Positions 17,561 through 26,541 of a stretch of 64,000 bases of DNA are shown here, piece by piece. The notes beneath the pieces were generated by a model. The model saw nothing but the letters and a program-made list of their open reading frames with translations. It was not told the DNA's origin and made no database searches. Position 1 is the first letter of the stretch. The number at the start of each line of letters is the position of its first letter. This DNA is from a virus: positions 32,001 to 96,000 of IMG/VR virus record IMGVR_UViG_3300008120_000016, one strand, 5' to 3'. Made by a program: the position numbers and the translations under genes.

Positions 17561-17592
17561 ACTAAAGGGGGGTGAAAACCCCCTTCTAGTTT
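17561..17592 (+). terminator. GC-rich hairpin with GAAA tetraloop, terminator-like
   Basis: ACTA-AAG-GGGGGT-GAAA-ACCCCC-TTC-TAGT, 10 nt after the stop codon. Confidence 0.7.
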
Positions 17593-17707
17593 ATATTAAA
17601 CTATTAATATGATAGAACACAAAAATTATCAAAGAAAAAATACTTTTACAGGTTGGGTGTATCATATTTATCTTGTAATTTTATCAATGTTTAGTAATCC
17701 AAGATAA

Positions 17708-18403
17708 ATGATAATAGGTATTAATGGTTATAGTGGTTCTGGAAAAGACACATTAGGTGTATTAATACAATATATAAATTGTTTTAATGTAGGAGAAGTA
17801 TCTATAGAAGATATACTAAATGATTATACATCTCATCAATGGTGGCTTGAAGAACAATCAGGTTGGGAAATTAAAAAATATGCCGGCAAACTTAAAACCA
17901 TAGGATCTTTGTTAACAGGGATACCAGTTGAAAAGTTTGAGGATCAAGAATTCAAAAAAACAAGACTCTCAAGTGAATGGAACATTCACGGTATGCCAAT
18001 GACAGTGAGAGAATTTTTGCAGAAACTTGGTACTGATGCATTAAGAGATGGGTTACACTCAAATGCATGGGTAAATGCTTTATTTGCTGATTATAAAAAA
18101 GAATTTTCAGAGTGCGGTGTTAGTAAAGCAGGTACAACAATAAATTGTGCAAAATACCCAAACTGGGTTATTACAGATGTTAGATTCCCTAACGAAGCTA
18201 AAGCCATTAAAGATAGAGGTGGGGTAATGATTAGAATTGATAGACCATTTGTAAAACCTATTAATAATCATCCATCAGAAATAAGTTTAGATACTTGGAA
18301 ATTTGATTACAAAATTGCAAACGTCTCAGATTTAGTATCTCTAAAGTTTACAATTAAAAACATTTTAGAAGAAGTTAATGAAAATAATAAAACAAAAAAC
18401 TAA
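17708..18403 (+). CDS. Deoxynucleoside monophosphate kinase (T4 gp1-like)
   Basis: IIGINGYSGSGKDT P-loop; REFLQKLGTD; WVN; VITDVRFPNEA motif. Confidence 0.88.
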   Translation: MIIGINGYSGSGKDTLGVLIQYINCFNVGEVSIEDILNDYTSHQWWLEEQSGWEIKKYAGKLKTIGSLLTGIPVEKFEDQEFKKTRLSSEWNIHGMPMTVREFLQKLGTDALRDGLHSNAWVNALFADYKKEFSECGVSKAGTTINCAKYPNWVITDVRFPNEAKAIKDRGGVMIRIDRPFVKPINNHPSEISLDTWKFDYKIANVSDLVSLKFTIKNILEEVNENNKTKN

Positions 18404-19229
18404 AACCCTTATAACAAAAGATAATGGGAGAAGCTCTGATGCAGTTTCTCCCAATTTTGTCTATGGATGTTTAGGAGGTTGTATGAACAGTTATTGTTAT
18501 GTAGGTAGATATAATCACGATAAGGTGTATATAAATGAAAACACAGGTGATATATTATTATCTATAGATAGTTGGGTTGAACAACAACCATGGCCTAAAA
18601 CTCCTAATCAATGTGATGATAAATATTATGTAATTGATATAGGATGTAGTACAGATGTACCTCTAATGAGTAAGCACTATGATTGGCAAAAAGTGTTTAA
18701 TCATTTTAATTTTCATGATAAAATTAAAAGCACATTTGCCACTAAGTATCCATCAATGTTTGATCCTACTAAATATAATTTAGACGAAAATAAACATAGA
18801 ATTAGGGTGAGCTTAATGCCTCAGAAATATAGTAATGTACTAGAACCCAACACTGATCTTATATTTGATCGCATACAATCTATACCAAGGCTACAGAAGT
18901 ATATGGAAGTGCATATAAACTTCAGTCCTATTATCTTCCATGATGGATGGTTATACGAATATGACGAATTGTTTAGGGAAATAGCATATTCAAAAATTGA
19001 TACAAAATGTGAATGTATTTTTCTTACTTATAATGATATACAATATGAAAGAAATGCTCCTATTGTAAATCATTTATGCTGGAAACCAGAAATACAAGAA
19101 AAGAAAGATTCACATTATGCACCCGATAATATTAGATACAAATGGCAATTAAAAAGAGATATGATTGCAGATTTTACTAATTTGTACTCTAGATATTTTA
19201 ATCCTTCAAATATTAGATATATTTTTTAA
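18378..19229 (+). CDS. splB: Spore photoproduct lyase-like radical SAM enzyme
   Basis: P...YGCLGGCMNSYCYV three-Cys cluster; IGCSTD (conserved SPL Cys position); F.TKY; R.RVSL.P; HINFSPII; IFLT; YRY-like C-terminus. Confidence 0.8.
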   Translation: MKIIKQKTKTLITKDNGRSSDAVSPNFVYGCLGGCMNSYCYVGRYNHDKVYINENTGDILLSIDSWVEQQPWPKTPNQCDDKYYVIDIGCSTDVPLMSKHYDWQKVFNHFNFHDKIKSTFATKYPSMFDPTKYNLDENKHRIRVSLMPQKYSNVLEPNTDLIFDRIQSIPRLQKYMEVHINFSPIIFHDGWLYEYDELFREIAYSKIDTKCECIFLTYNDIQYERNAPIVNHLCWKPEIQEKKDSHYAPDNIRYKWQLKRDMIADFTNLYSRYFNPSNIRYIF

Positions 19230-19231
19230 TC

Positions 19232-19549
19232 ATGAAACCATTAGCAAGAGAATTTTTATTAAAAAGAGGGTTCTGTTGCCATAATGGTTGCAAATATTGT
19301 CCTTATATGAATACAGTAAGTGAAGCTGAAGAAACATTTTGTATGTTTAAATTAGGAATGGAAGGTTCCTACATGACATCTTTAATAACTACAATATTTA
19401 AAGGTGATATGAATCATAGATTTAAATTAGCCAAGGGCTATCCAGATTTAGTAGAAGTATGTAATAGATACAATAATGAGTCAGGATACTGGCAAGAGTT
19501 AGTAGAAAGATGGAATTCTTTAAATCCTAATCATAAACTTGTATATTAA
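19232..19549 (+). CDS. Protein with an N-terminal Cys-rich DUF5522-like motif
   Basis: LLKRGFCCHNGCKYCPY followed by an unrelated 80-aa region. Confidence 0.6.
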   Translation: MKPLAREFLLKRGFCCHNGCKYCPYMNTVSEAEETFCMFKLGMEGSYMTSLITTIFKGDMNHRFKLAKGYPDLVEVCNRYNNESGYWQELVERWNSLNPNHKLVY

Positions 19550-19812
19550 TGAATGAAGGTATTGGAGAAGATAATCTGTGTGTTAAGGTTTACGATCCGA
19601 CGGGTCCTAAACTTATTGCTGTTTATGAAAGCTTGCGAAAAGCATCAAACAGACTAGGTGTTACATATAAAGTTGCTAAAAATGCAACTGTTAATAAGAA
19701 TAGAATACATTCTCCATTATTAAACATGGATGTAGCTGTTCGAGTAAATAAAAAAGGACCTGAAGATATTTTACTAATATCTAAAACGACTAGTAAAGGT
19801 AAATTAGATTAG
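19549..19812 (+). CDS. Small protein with a NUMOD1-like DNA-binding motif
   Basis: LIAVYESLRKASNRLGV resembles the NUMOD1 HTH consensus; TAATG-coupled to the upstream gene. Confidence 0.55.
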   Translation: MNEGIGEDNLCVKVYDPTGPKLIAVYESLRKASNRLGVTYKVAKNATVNKNRIHSPLLNMDVAVRVNKKGPEDILLISKTTSKGKLD

Positions 19813-19818
19813 AAAACA

Positions 19819-19852
19819 ATAGTAAAGTGGTCAATTTAGACCACTTTACTAT
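19819..19852. terminator. 14-bp perfect hairpin at the convergence of the replication and virion blocks
   Basis: ATAGTAAAGTGGTC-AATTTA-GACCACTTTACTAT, overlapping the TAG stop of the 2224-aa gene. Confidence 0.8.
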
Positions 19853-22800
19853 CTTTTCTGTAAGTTTTCAAATGCTTTAAGAGCATCTTCTGGATGTATA
19901 GTTCTTCCCGTGTATCCTACAAATGATCTCATAAATTCAGCTACAATTTTAGCATCCCCTTTATCTTTTAATCCACTTTGATCTACGTCTTTTTTATAGT
20001 ATAAACTACCTTCAAAATTAAAGAATGGAGTAGCATCTAATAAATGCATTCCTAAAAGTTTACTAATTTTAATATAACGTGTGGTTTCATTAAAAAGAAG
20101 TGATGGATTACTATAAACTCCTTTAATCTCATCAAGACCGGCATACGGTAAGAATTGTTCTGTTTCTGATTTTACTTTTAAAAGAATGAATAATGTAGCT
20201 CTATGTGCCCAGTTCTTTTCTTTAAGTTTTTTGAAACGATCTGGATCATCTGGATCCCATCCCAGTAACAAACTAGTAACTGCTATGATGCTTAATACAA
20301 TTGCTATATCTGCAAGTGTTCTTTTAATAGCTCTTTTTTCAAAATCAGAATAATTTTCCCAATTTACAAGGTTGTTCCAATTAAATTTAACAAGATCCTT
20401 TCCCCAACTTTGTATAAAAGTTATATAAAAACCTTGCTCAGGTGACATGCTTTCGTAATCAGCCCTTCTTTCACCCCATCTGTTAACTCCAATAGGTAAG
20501 AAGTATTTTCTAAAGAAAAATGCCATACGACCAAGAGATGTTTTTTCAGCATATGATCTGTCAAACTTAGCATAAGAACCATTTAATCTTTTCTGCATTG
20601 CATGCAGCTTTCCTATAATATTGCTAAATTCACTACTGCCAAGTTGAAATACATTTTTGTACTCATCTTTAACAACTAAAACACCTTCTTTATCTTGTTC
20701 AAAAAGATCTAATAAATTAACATCTAAACTATCCCATTCTTCAAGTGCTTTTAATTTTAATTCACTAATTTCTCTAGGTGTTAAATTTTCAACATCTGTT
20801 CCTATTTTTAGTGTAATAAAGTCTTCTTTGTCTACCATTTTTCCATCATAAAGACGAACGTTTTTCATAAAGGCAATGAAAGATTTCATTTGAATTTCCC
20901 ACTCACCCCAGACTTTACCGGCAAACAAACCCAATTGTAATATATTTTTTGCTTTATTAAAGTTTGTTTTTTGCCCATATTCATTTTCAAATTCTCCTTG
21001 TATAGGATCAAAATATTCCATAATTTGACCCCAAAATGAAAGCATTCCTACTTTAGTGTAATCGGACATCAAGTCTTTAATAGCTGAACCATATTTACCA
21101 CTTCCATATATATCACTATGAGCTGATCCATATTCTTTCATAGTGTACAATTTACCACCTATACCTTCCACCATGTTTTGAATATTACCACTTATCCAGT
21201 TTGTAGCCCAGTTTAATGGAGCAGCACCTAACATTGTAAAGCTACTTAAACCCATCAAAGCATTTACAGCTTTTTGTGAGTTAACTCCTAATACATCAAT
21301 TCCTTGAAAATATTCTTCGTTATACATTACAGAATTTACAAAACTCTTTAATGTATCTAATCTAATATTAGTTCCTTTATTTATACGAGCAGCCTCAAGT
21401 TCAGGTATATACTTTTTATAAATATTATTTAATATCAGATTTCTTTGTTCTGTTTTAGGTTGGTTTGCTTTATCACCAAGTATAGATTCTAATCCGTTAA
21501 TAAAAGCTAAATCTTTTTCTAGTTCCTTTTTACGAGTAACTGAACCTAGATAACCTAACACTCCTCCCCAAACATTATAACTTGCATTTTCAGCTTCACC
21601 CTTTGTACTAAATCTAACAGGGACATATTTAATTTCTTCATTGTCCATTGTAGCTAGTTTAGCTATGTCATTTCTACTATCTGCTTCTTGTGTAGGGATA
21701 CCAGTTTGATCAACATCCTGATCTGTACGAGTAAATGCTCTTTTTATATATTGTCCAAAACTAGTAAGTCTAGATTGAGTTTTGCTTGTTATATTTTCAC
21801 CTTTAGTTTCAATTGTTCTTTCTAAACCTTGTTTTTCTAAAAACGGAACAGCTAATCCTAATCTTTGACTTAATTCTATTTCTTGTTGTGATTCAAGCAT
21901 CTTACTAGAAATATAGATTAAGTTTTCATAATCAACTTTTTCCATTTGATCAGCAGTACCATTGTTAACTCGATTGCGTAATTCAACAAAATCTTTATTT
22001 AAATAAGGATGATCTACACCATATTCTTTACGATATGCCTCATTTGTTTTTGGTTTGAATCTATTTTTAACATCCAAATTATTAGGATCTCTTAGAAGTA
22101 TTTTTTGCCCTTTTTCATTAATATAAAAATCTCTTTGAACTGATTTTACAAAATGTGACCCAGGTTTTATTTCAATATATTTTTCAACAGGCATACTTCT
22201 CAACCATTGTGATGTTGGAGTATCTGTCCTTGCAACACGTTTTCTTCCATCTTCATCCTCATATAGCACTTTAACCTTAATAATATGGTTATTCATGTAC
22301 CACTCTGACTCCTTAAATTCTTCTAAATATGTACCTTCTTGTTTTAACTGATCCATTGTGATCATTCGAGAATCAGCAAACATTTGCATTTGTTTTTCTA
22401 ACTCTTCATCATAATATTTTGTTCTTTCTTTTTTACTCATTGAAAAAATTTCATCATTTATTTCTTTGAGTCTTTTTAATTTTTTAGCAAAATCAGGATC
22501 TGCTAACATCCGCATATCAATTCGTTGTTGAGCTTTTTCACGGAGTTCATCAAGCTCACGTTGACTATAGTCAAATCCATTATTTTTAGCATAATACAAA
22601 GCATCTACACGATTTTTTTCTTCACGTGTATAACCATTAAATATGCTAACTTCAGATGTATCTTTTAAGTATTCTAATCTTGTTTCAATCTCTTTAAGCT
22701 TTTTAGCTGATTCTTTACTAAGCATAGTACCTCTTACATAACCATCTTTATCTTTATATGTACCTGTTAAATTGCGAAGTTGTTTGTATAAATCACTAAT

Positions 22801-25800
22801 TTCATCTGATTGAGTTCCTAGAATCTCTGCTCTTTCTTTGAAAAGCTCATCTCTTTTTTTATAAAACTCATCACTAATTACAATTCTTGTATTACTTGCT
22901 TCCCAAAGTTTAAATTGCTCGCTATCTTCACCATACTTAAGCTTAGCTTTTTCACGAGATCTTTCATAAAACTCTGTTTGTTCTACAAATTCGTAAAGAT
23001 TTTTCTTATCTATATCGTATTGCTCTAATATATTAGCAATTTTTAAAGCATCACCTGTTTTTGGATTACCACGTTCATCAACTTTTTCTCTTATTGAAGC
23101 TTTTTCTTCAGTTATTTCTTGAAGTCTTTTTAAATAATCAGGATTAAAAGCACCATTTAATTTTTCCTCTTCTGTAAATTCGTTTTCTAACTGAAGAATG
23201 CGATTTTGTAAATTTGCATTTATTTCTCGTATAGTAGTTTCTACACCTTGATACATTACTTTTGTATCTAAAGGTTTAGTCATTCTATAATATTCATCAG
23301 TAAATCCTGTTTGTAAATATCTTTTTTCAAAATCTTTTAAATCTTTTCTTGCTTTTGTAATCTCACTTTTATTTTTTCCTTCTTGTGCTTTCTTTAGAGC
23401 ATATACTTTCTTGTTATAATCAGAATATAATCTTTCATCAAACTCACTTTTAAAATAAAGAACATTCATCGATTTGCCAGTGTTTACATTAAATTCATCA
23501 ACTACATATGTAAGAGACTGATTTAATGTTTTAACATCTAACATTTGCCCATAAATGTCCCATCTTTTTTGAAGTTGTTTACTTAAGTCATCTCTTACTT
23601 TTTTATTTTCAAGTCTAACTCTATCTAAAGATGCTTTTAATTTTTTAGCAGCACCAGCAAGAATAATATCAGGATTTCCTATTGTAGCAAACACCCTAGA
23701 CCAGAAAACACCAGCATCACCTCTATCTCCTTTTAATAACTCAGCTATTACTTTTTCTGATGGTAAGTTATCACGTTCTTCTTTTAATACTTCTGCTCTT
23801 TTAAAATCTTTTCTAACTTTTGCTGCAGCAATTAATTCATTATACTCTCTAACAATAGTGTTTAGTGAATCTTTGTTAAATACATCTAGTAACATATCAC
23901 TTACCATTGGAGTAATAGTGGTAACGTAATCATTGTTAACACTAGAAATTAAACCAACTAATTGTGAAAGTTTTTCATACACTGGATTATTTTGAGATGC
24001 ACCTGGCATATAACCGAGCAAATCTTCAAACATATTTCTGTAACCTGTTAGAAAATCTCTAATCTTCATCATTTCACTCAATCTTTGAGAAGCACCTGCA
24101 TTACTAGTAGGTGTAAGTTCTTTCAAAGATTCAAAATATTGAATAGTTTGTTCGATAATAGGTACACTTGAGTCAATCATATCAAGGAAACTTTTTTGCA
24201 TATTTGCAAACTGACCAGGTGTTATATTATCAAAATCTTCAAAAAGATCTAAAGCTGTTTTAACTTTTAAACGTTGTGAAGAAACTTTATTTGACTTTGT
24301 AGTAACATCTTCTAAAGCTTTAAATAAATTATCTTGATCTTTATTTTTTTCAAATTTTCTACCAATTTCAATTAATCTAGCGTATGCTTTTACAAAAGCT
24401 TCTTTTAATTTTTCCTTTTTTATTTTATTAATGTTATCTAAACGAGTATCTCTTATATCAATTTTTACTTCTTCTTTTATAGATGCATCGTTAGACGTAT
24501 CTAAATTAGGAAAATAATAACTTGCAAGATTACTATTAAAAGTAACATTCTCAATTAACTCAGGTCTTACTTCAGTAACCTTTTTTGTAGTATTATCTAA
24601 ACGATAAGGAACTCCTATTACATTTAAAGATCCTACTCGTACACCGGCCTCCATTAACATTTTTTTGTAAATAGAAAGCTGTTGTCCATACTTTTGTTTA
24701 TTACTTCTTTGTTTATCTACTAATTCTTTTAATGTTGTAGGATCATTTAAAACACCTGTAGGACTTAATTTATTAATAGCACTATGAAATTCTTCAACTA
24801 ACCCTTCTTTAACATAAGGTTTTTCTCCAAAGTTTTTAAGAAATTTAGTTTTAAAATCATAAATATCAACTGTACCATCCGGTTTTATTACAATAATATC
24901 TAGCTGACCACCTATTTTACCATTACTTATAGATATTTCACTCATAATAACTGAACCATCTTTTTTAATTTCTCTAAGCATACCCATAATTCCTGGATTA
25001 TGAATATCTCCAAAAATTAATGATTCAAGTGATTTTCGATCAATTAATCTATAAACATCCGGGCTTACATGTTCTGGGTTATCAAAATCAATTTTATTTC
25101 CCAAAATTAAATTTTCTACAATTGTGTGAATACCAGTACCGAATAATCTTTTAGATGTTGCTTCAGAAGCTTTAAATAATAAATCAATCAATCTTGGGTT
25201 CAATAATCCTTCAAATACACTTTTATCAAAAGTCCCATCTACAATATTATTTATTAAAAAATCCTTTACTTGTTCAGCTATTTCTATATTTGATTTACTT
25301 GTATCAATTATACCTGCTGGTATTGCATTTAACCATGCATCAGACAATTGCATTAATACACTTGGGTCTTCAAGCTCACTTATAAAATCACTACCTATAA
25401 TAGTAGTTACACTATTCATTACATTATCTTCACTAAAATCAGCATGAATATATTTATGACTATCTTTATTAAAACCAGTTTTAGCAACATAAGCAACAAT
25501 TTTTTGTAATGTTGCTTTCTGTGCATCATTCATTGGTTGAGATTCGTAAATATTCTTTTCTTCATCTGTTAGCTGATTGTAAATTTCAGATGATTTTAAA
25601 TTTGTATTTAACAATTCCATTTCACCAGAAAAAAACATTTCTTGCAATATTTCAAAAGAATCTTTTTTCACTTTAACTTTATTAATAAGACTCATTATCA
25701 TATCAATCAAAGTCTGCAACCAACCTCTTTTTTCTTTCTTTTTCATTTCATTAGCTAACTCTTTAGCTAAAGCTTCTTTACGAATTTTATCAAATCTAAC

Positions 25801-26523
25801 TTTACCATCTGGTGTGCGATAGTTAGGATTATTTTTATATTTTGCAAGTGTACTTTTATAAGTACTTGTAGTTCTAACTTTATCTAATGCTTCAATCAAT
25901 GCCTCATTATCTTGAGGCAACATATCTAAAAAGAAGTGCATAGCTTCTTCAGGAAGAGCTACATCCATCTTTCCAGATTGAATTTGAACCATTCTTTCTG
26001 CAAAATCAGCTATACCATTAGAACCATATTTTTTAATTAAATCGTCTTGTTCTAAAATTTTAACTCCAATGCGACTAAGAAAATCCTTACATAAATCAGT
26101 TAATGACTTTGATTGACTTCTATGATAAGTTGCAAGGCTGTTCCATTTATTAAGACTATCTTCATTGATTGTAACATAGTCTCCTTTATATTCTAACACT
26201 GAACCATACTTATCAGTGTATTTAGCTAGTTCGTTAGAAATATCTATATTTTGATTTAATGGATACCATTTACGACCATTTTCTTCTACAGGTTCACCAT
26301 AAATTATACTATCATTATTTAAAACATTTATAAGTTCATCCCATTTTAATAATGGTAATTTTTGTAAATCTTCTAAAGCTTCTCTATTTGTAAGTAATTC
26401 ACGAGCTTTTTCAAAAGACGGAATCTCAGAATTGTTACGGATAAAAGATAACATAGCTCTATCTTCACCAAGCTGTTCAACTAGTGATTTCCATTCTTTA
26501 CTACTTTTATTAGGGCAAACCAT
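19849..26523 (-). CDS. Giant virion cargo (ejection) protein, 2224 aa, with zincin-like and PD-(D/E)XK domains and a C-terminal TM helix
   Basis: PEEAMHF zincin-like motif; SVTTII ... GTGIH ... E ... GQLDII ... YDFKT ... QQLSIY nuclease; C-terminal ADIAIVLSIIAVTSLLLG; adjacent to the vRNAP as in crAss-like phages. Confidence 0.8.
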   Translation of the reverse strand: MVCPNKSSKEWKSLVEQLGEDRAMLSFIRNNSEIPSFEKARELLTNREALEDLQKLPLLKWDELINVLNNDSIIYGEPVEENGRKWYPLNQNIDISNELAKYTDKYGSVLEYKGDYVTINEDSLNKWNSLATYHRSQSKSLTDLCKDFLSRIGVKILEQDDLIKKYGSNGIADFAERMVQIQSGKMDVALPEEAMHFFLDMLPQDNEALIEALDKVRTTSTYKSTLAKYKNNPNYRTPDGKVRFDKIRKEALAKELANEMKKKEKRGWLQTLIDMIMSLINKVKVKKDSFEILQEMFFSGEMELLNTNLKSSEIYNQLTDEEKNIYESQPMNDAQKATLQKIVAYVAKTGFNKDSHKYIHADFSEDNVMNSVTTIIGSDFISELEDPSVLMQLSDAWLNAIPAGIIDTSKSNIEIAEQVKDFLINNIVDGTFDKSVFEGLLNPRLIDLLFKASEATSKRLFGTGIHTIVENLILGNKIDFDNPEHVSPDVYRLIDRKSLESLIFGDIHNPGIMGMLREIKKDGSVIMSEISISNGKIGGQLDIIVIKPDGTVDIYDFKTKFLKNFGEKPYVKEGLVEEFHSAINKLSPTGVLNDPTTLKELVDKQRSNKQKYGQQLSIYKKMLMEAGVRVGSLNVIGVPYRLDNTTKKVTEVRPELIENVTFNSNLASYYFPNLDTSNDASIKEEVKIDIRDTRLDNINKIKKEKLKEAFVKAYARLIEIGRKFEKNKDQDNLFKALEDVTTKSNKVSSQRLKVKTALDLFEDFDNITPGQFANMQKSFLDMIDSSVPIIEQTIQYFESLKELTPTSNAGASQRLSEMMKIRDFLTGYRNMFEDLLGYMPGASQNNPVYEKLSQLVGLISSVNNDYVTTITPMVSDMLLDVFNKDSLNTIVREYNELIAAAKVRKDFKRAEVLKEERDNLPSEKVIAELLKGDRGDAGVFWSRVFATIGNPDIILAGAAKKLKASLDRVRLENKKVRDDLSKQLQKRWDIYGQMLDVKTLNQSLTYVVDEFNVNTGKSMNVLYFKSEFDERLYSDYNKKVYALKKAQEGKNKSEITKARKDLKDFEKRYLQTGFTDEYYRMTKPLDTKVMYQGVETTIREINANLQNRILQLENEFTEEEKLNGAFNPDYLKRLQEITEEKASIREKVDERGNPKTGDALKIANILEQYDIDKKNLYEFVEQTEFYERSREKAKLKYGEDSEQFKLWEASNTRIVISDEFYKKRDELFKERAEILGTQSDEISDLYKQLRNLTGTYKDKDGYVRGTMLSKESAKKLKEIETRLEYLKDTSEVSIFNGYTREEKNRVDALYYAKNNGFDYSQRELDELREKAQQRIDMRMLADPDFAKKLKRLKEINDEIFSMSKKERTKYYDEELEKQMQMFADSRMITMDQLKQEGTYLEEFKESEWYMNNHIIKVKVLYEDEDGRKRVARTDTPTSQWLRSMPVEKYIEIKPGSHFVKSVQRDFYINEKGQKILLRDPNNLDVKNRFKPKTNEAYRKEYGVDHPYLNKDFVELRNRVNNGTADQMEKVDYENLIYISSKMLESQQEIELSQRLGLAVPFLEKQGLERTIETKGENITSKTQSRLTSFGQYIKRAFTRTDQDVDQTGIPTQEADSRNDIAKLATMDNEEIKYVPVRFSTKGEAENASYNVWGGVLGYLGSVTRKKELEKDLAFINGLESILGDKANQPKTEQRNLILNNIYKKYIPELEAARINKGTNIRLDTLKSFVNSVMYNEEYFQGIDVLGVNSQKAVNALMGLSSFTMLGAAPLNWATNWISGNIQNMVEGIGGKLYTMKEYGSAHSDIYGSGKYGSAIKDLMSDYTKVGMLSFWGQIMEYFDPIQGEFENEYGQKTNFNKAKNILQLGLFAGKVWGEWEIQMKSFIAFMKNVRLYDGKMVDKEDFITLKIGTDVENLTPREISELKLKALEEWDSLDVNLLDLFEQDKEGVLVVKDEYKNVFQLGSSEFSNIIGKLHAMQKRLNGSYAKFDRSYAEKTSLGRMAFFFRKYFLPIGVNRWGERRADYESMSPEQGFYITFIQSWGKDLVKFNWNNLVNWENYSDFEKRAIKRTLADIAIVLSIIAVTSLLLGWDPDDPDRFKKLKEKNWAHRATLFILLKVKSETEQFLPYAGLDEIKGVYSNPSLLFNETTRYIKISKLLGMHLLDATPFFNFEGSLYYKKDVDQSGLKDKGDAKIVAEFMRSFVGYTGRTIHPEDALKAFENLQKR

Positions 26524-26541
26524 TTATAAATAATTTAATTT

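Noticed and set aside
17609-17695. 28-codon ORF between the hairpin and the dNMP kinase gene
   Set aside because: No motif or other support; could be chance, so not called.
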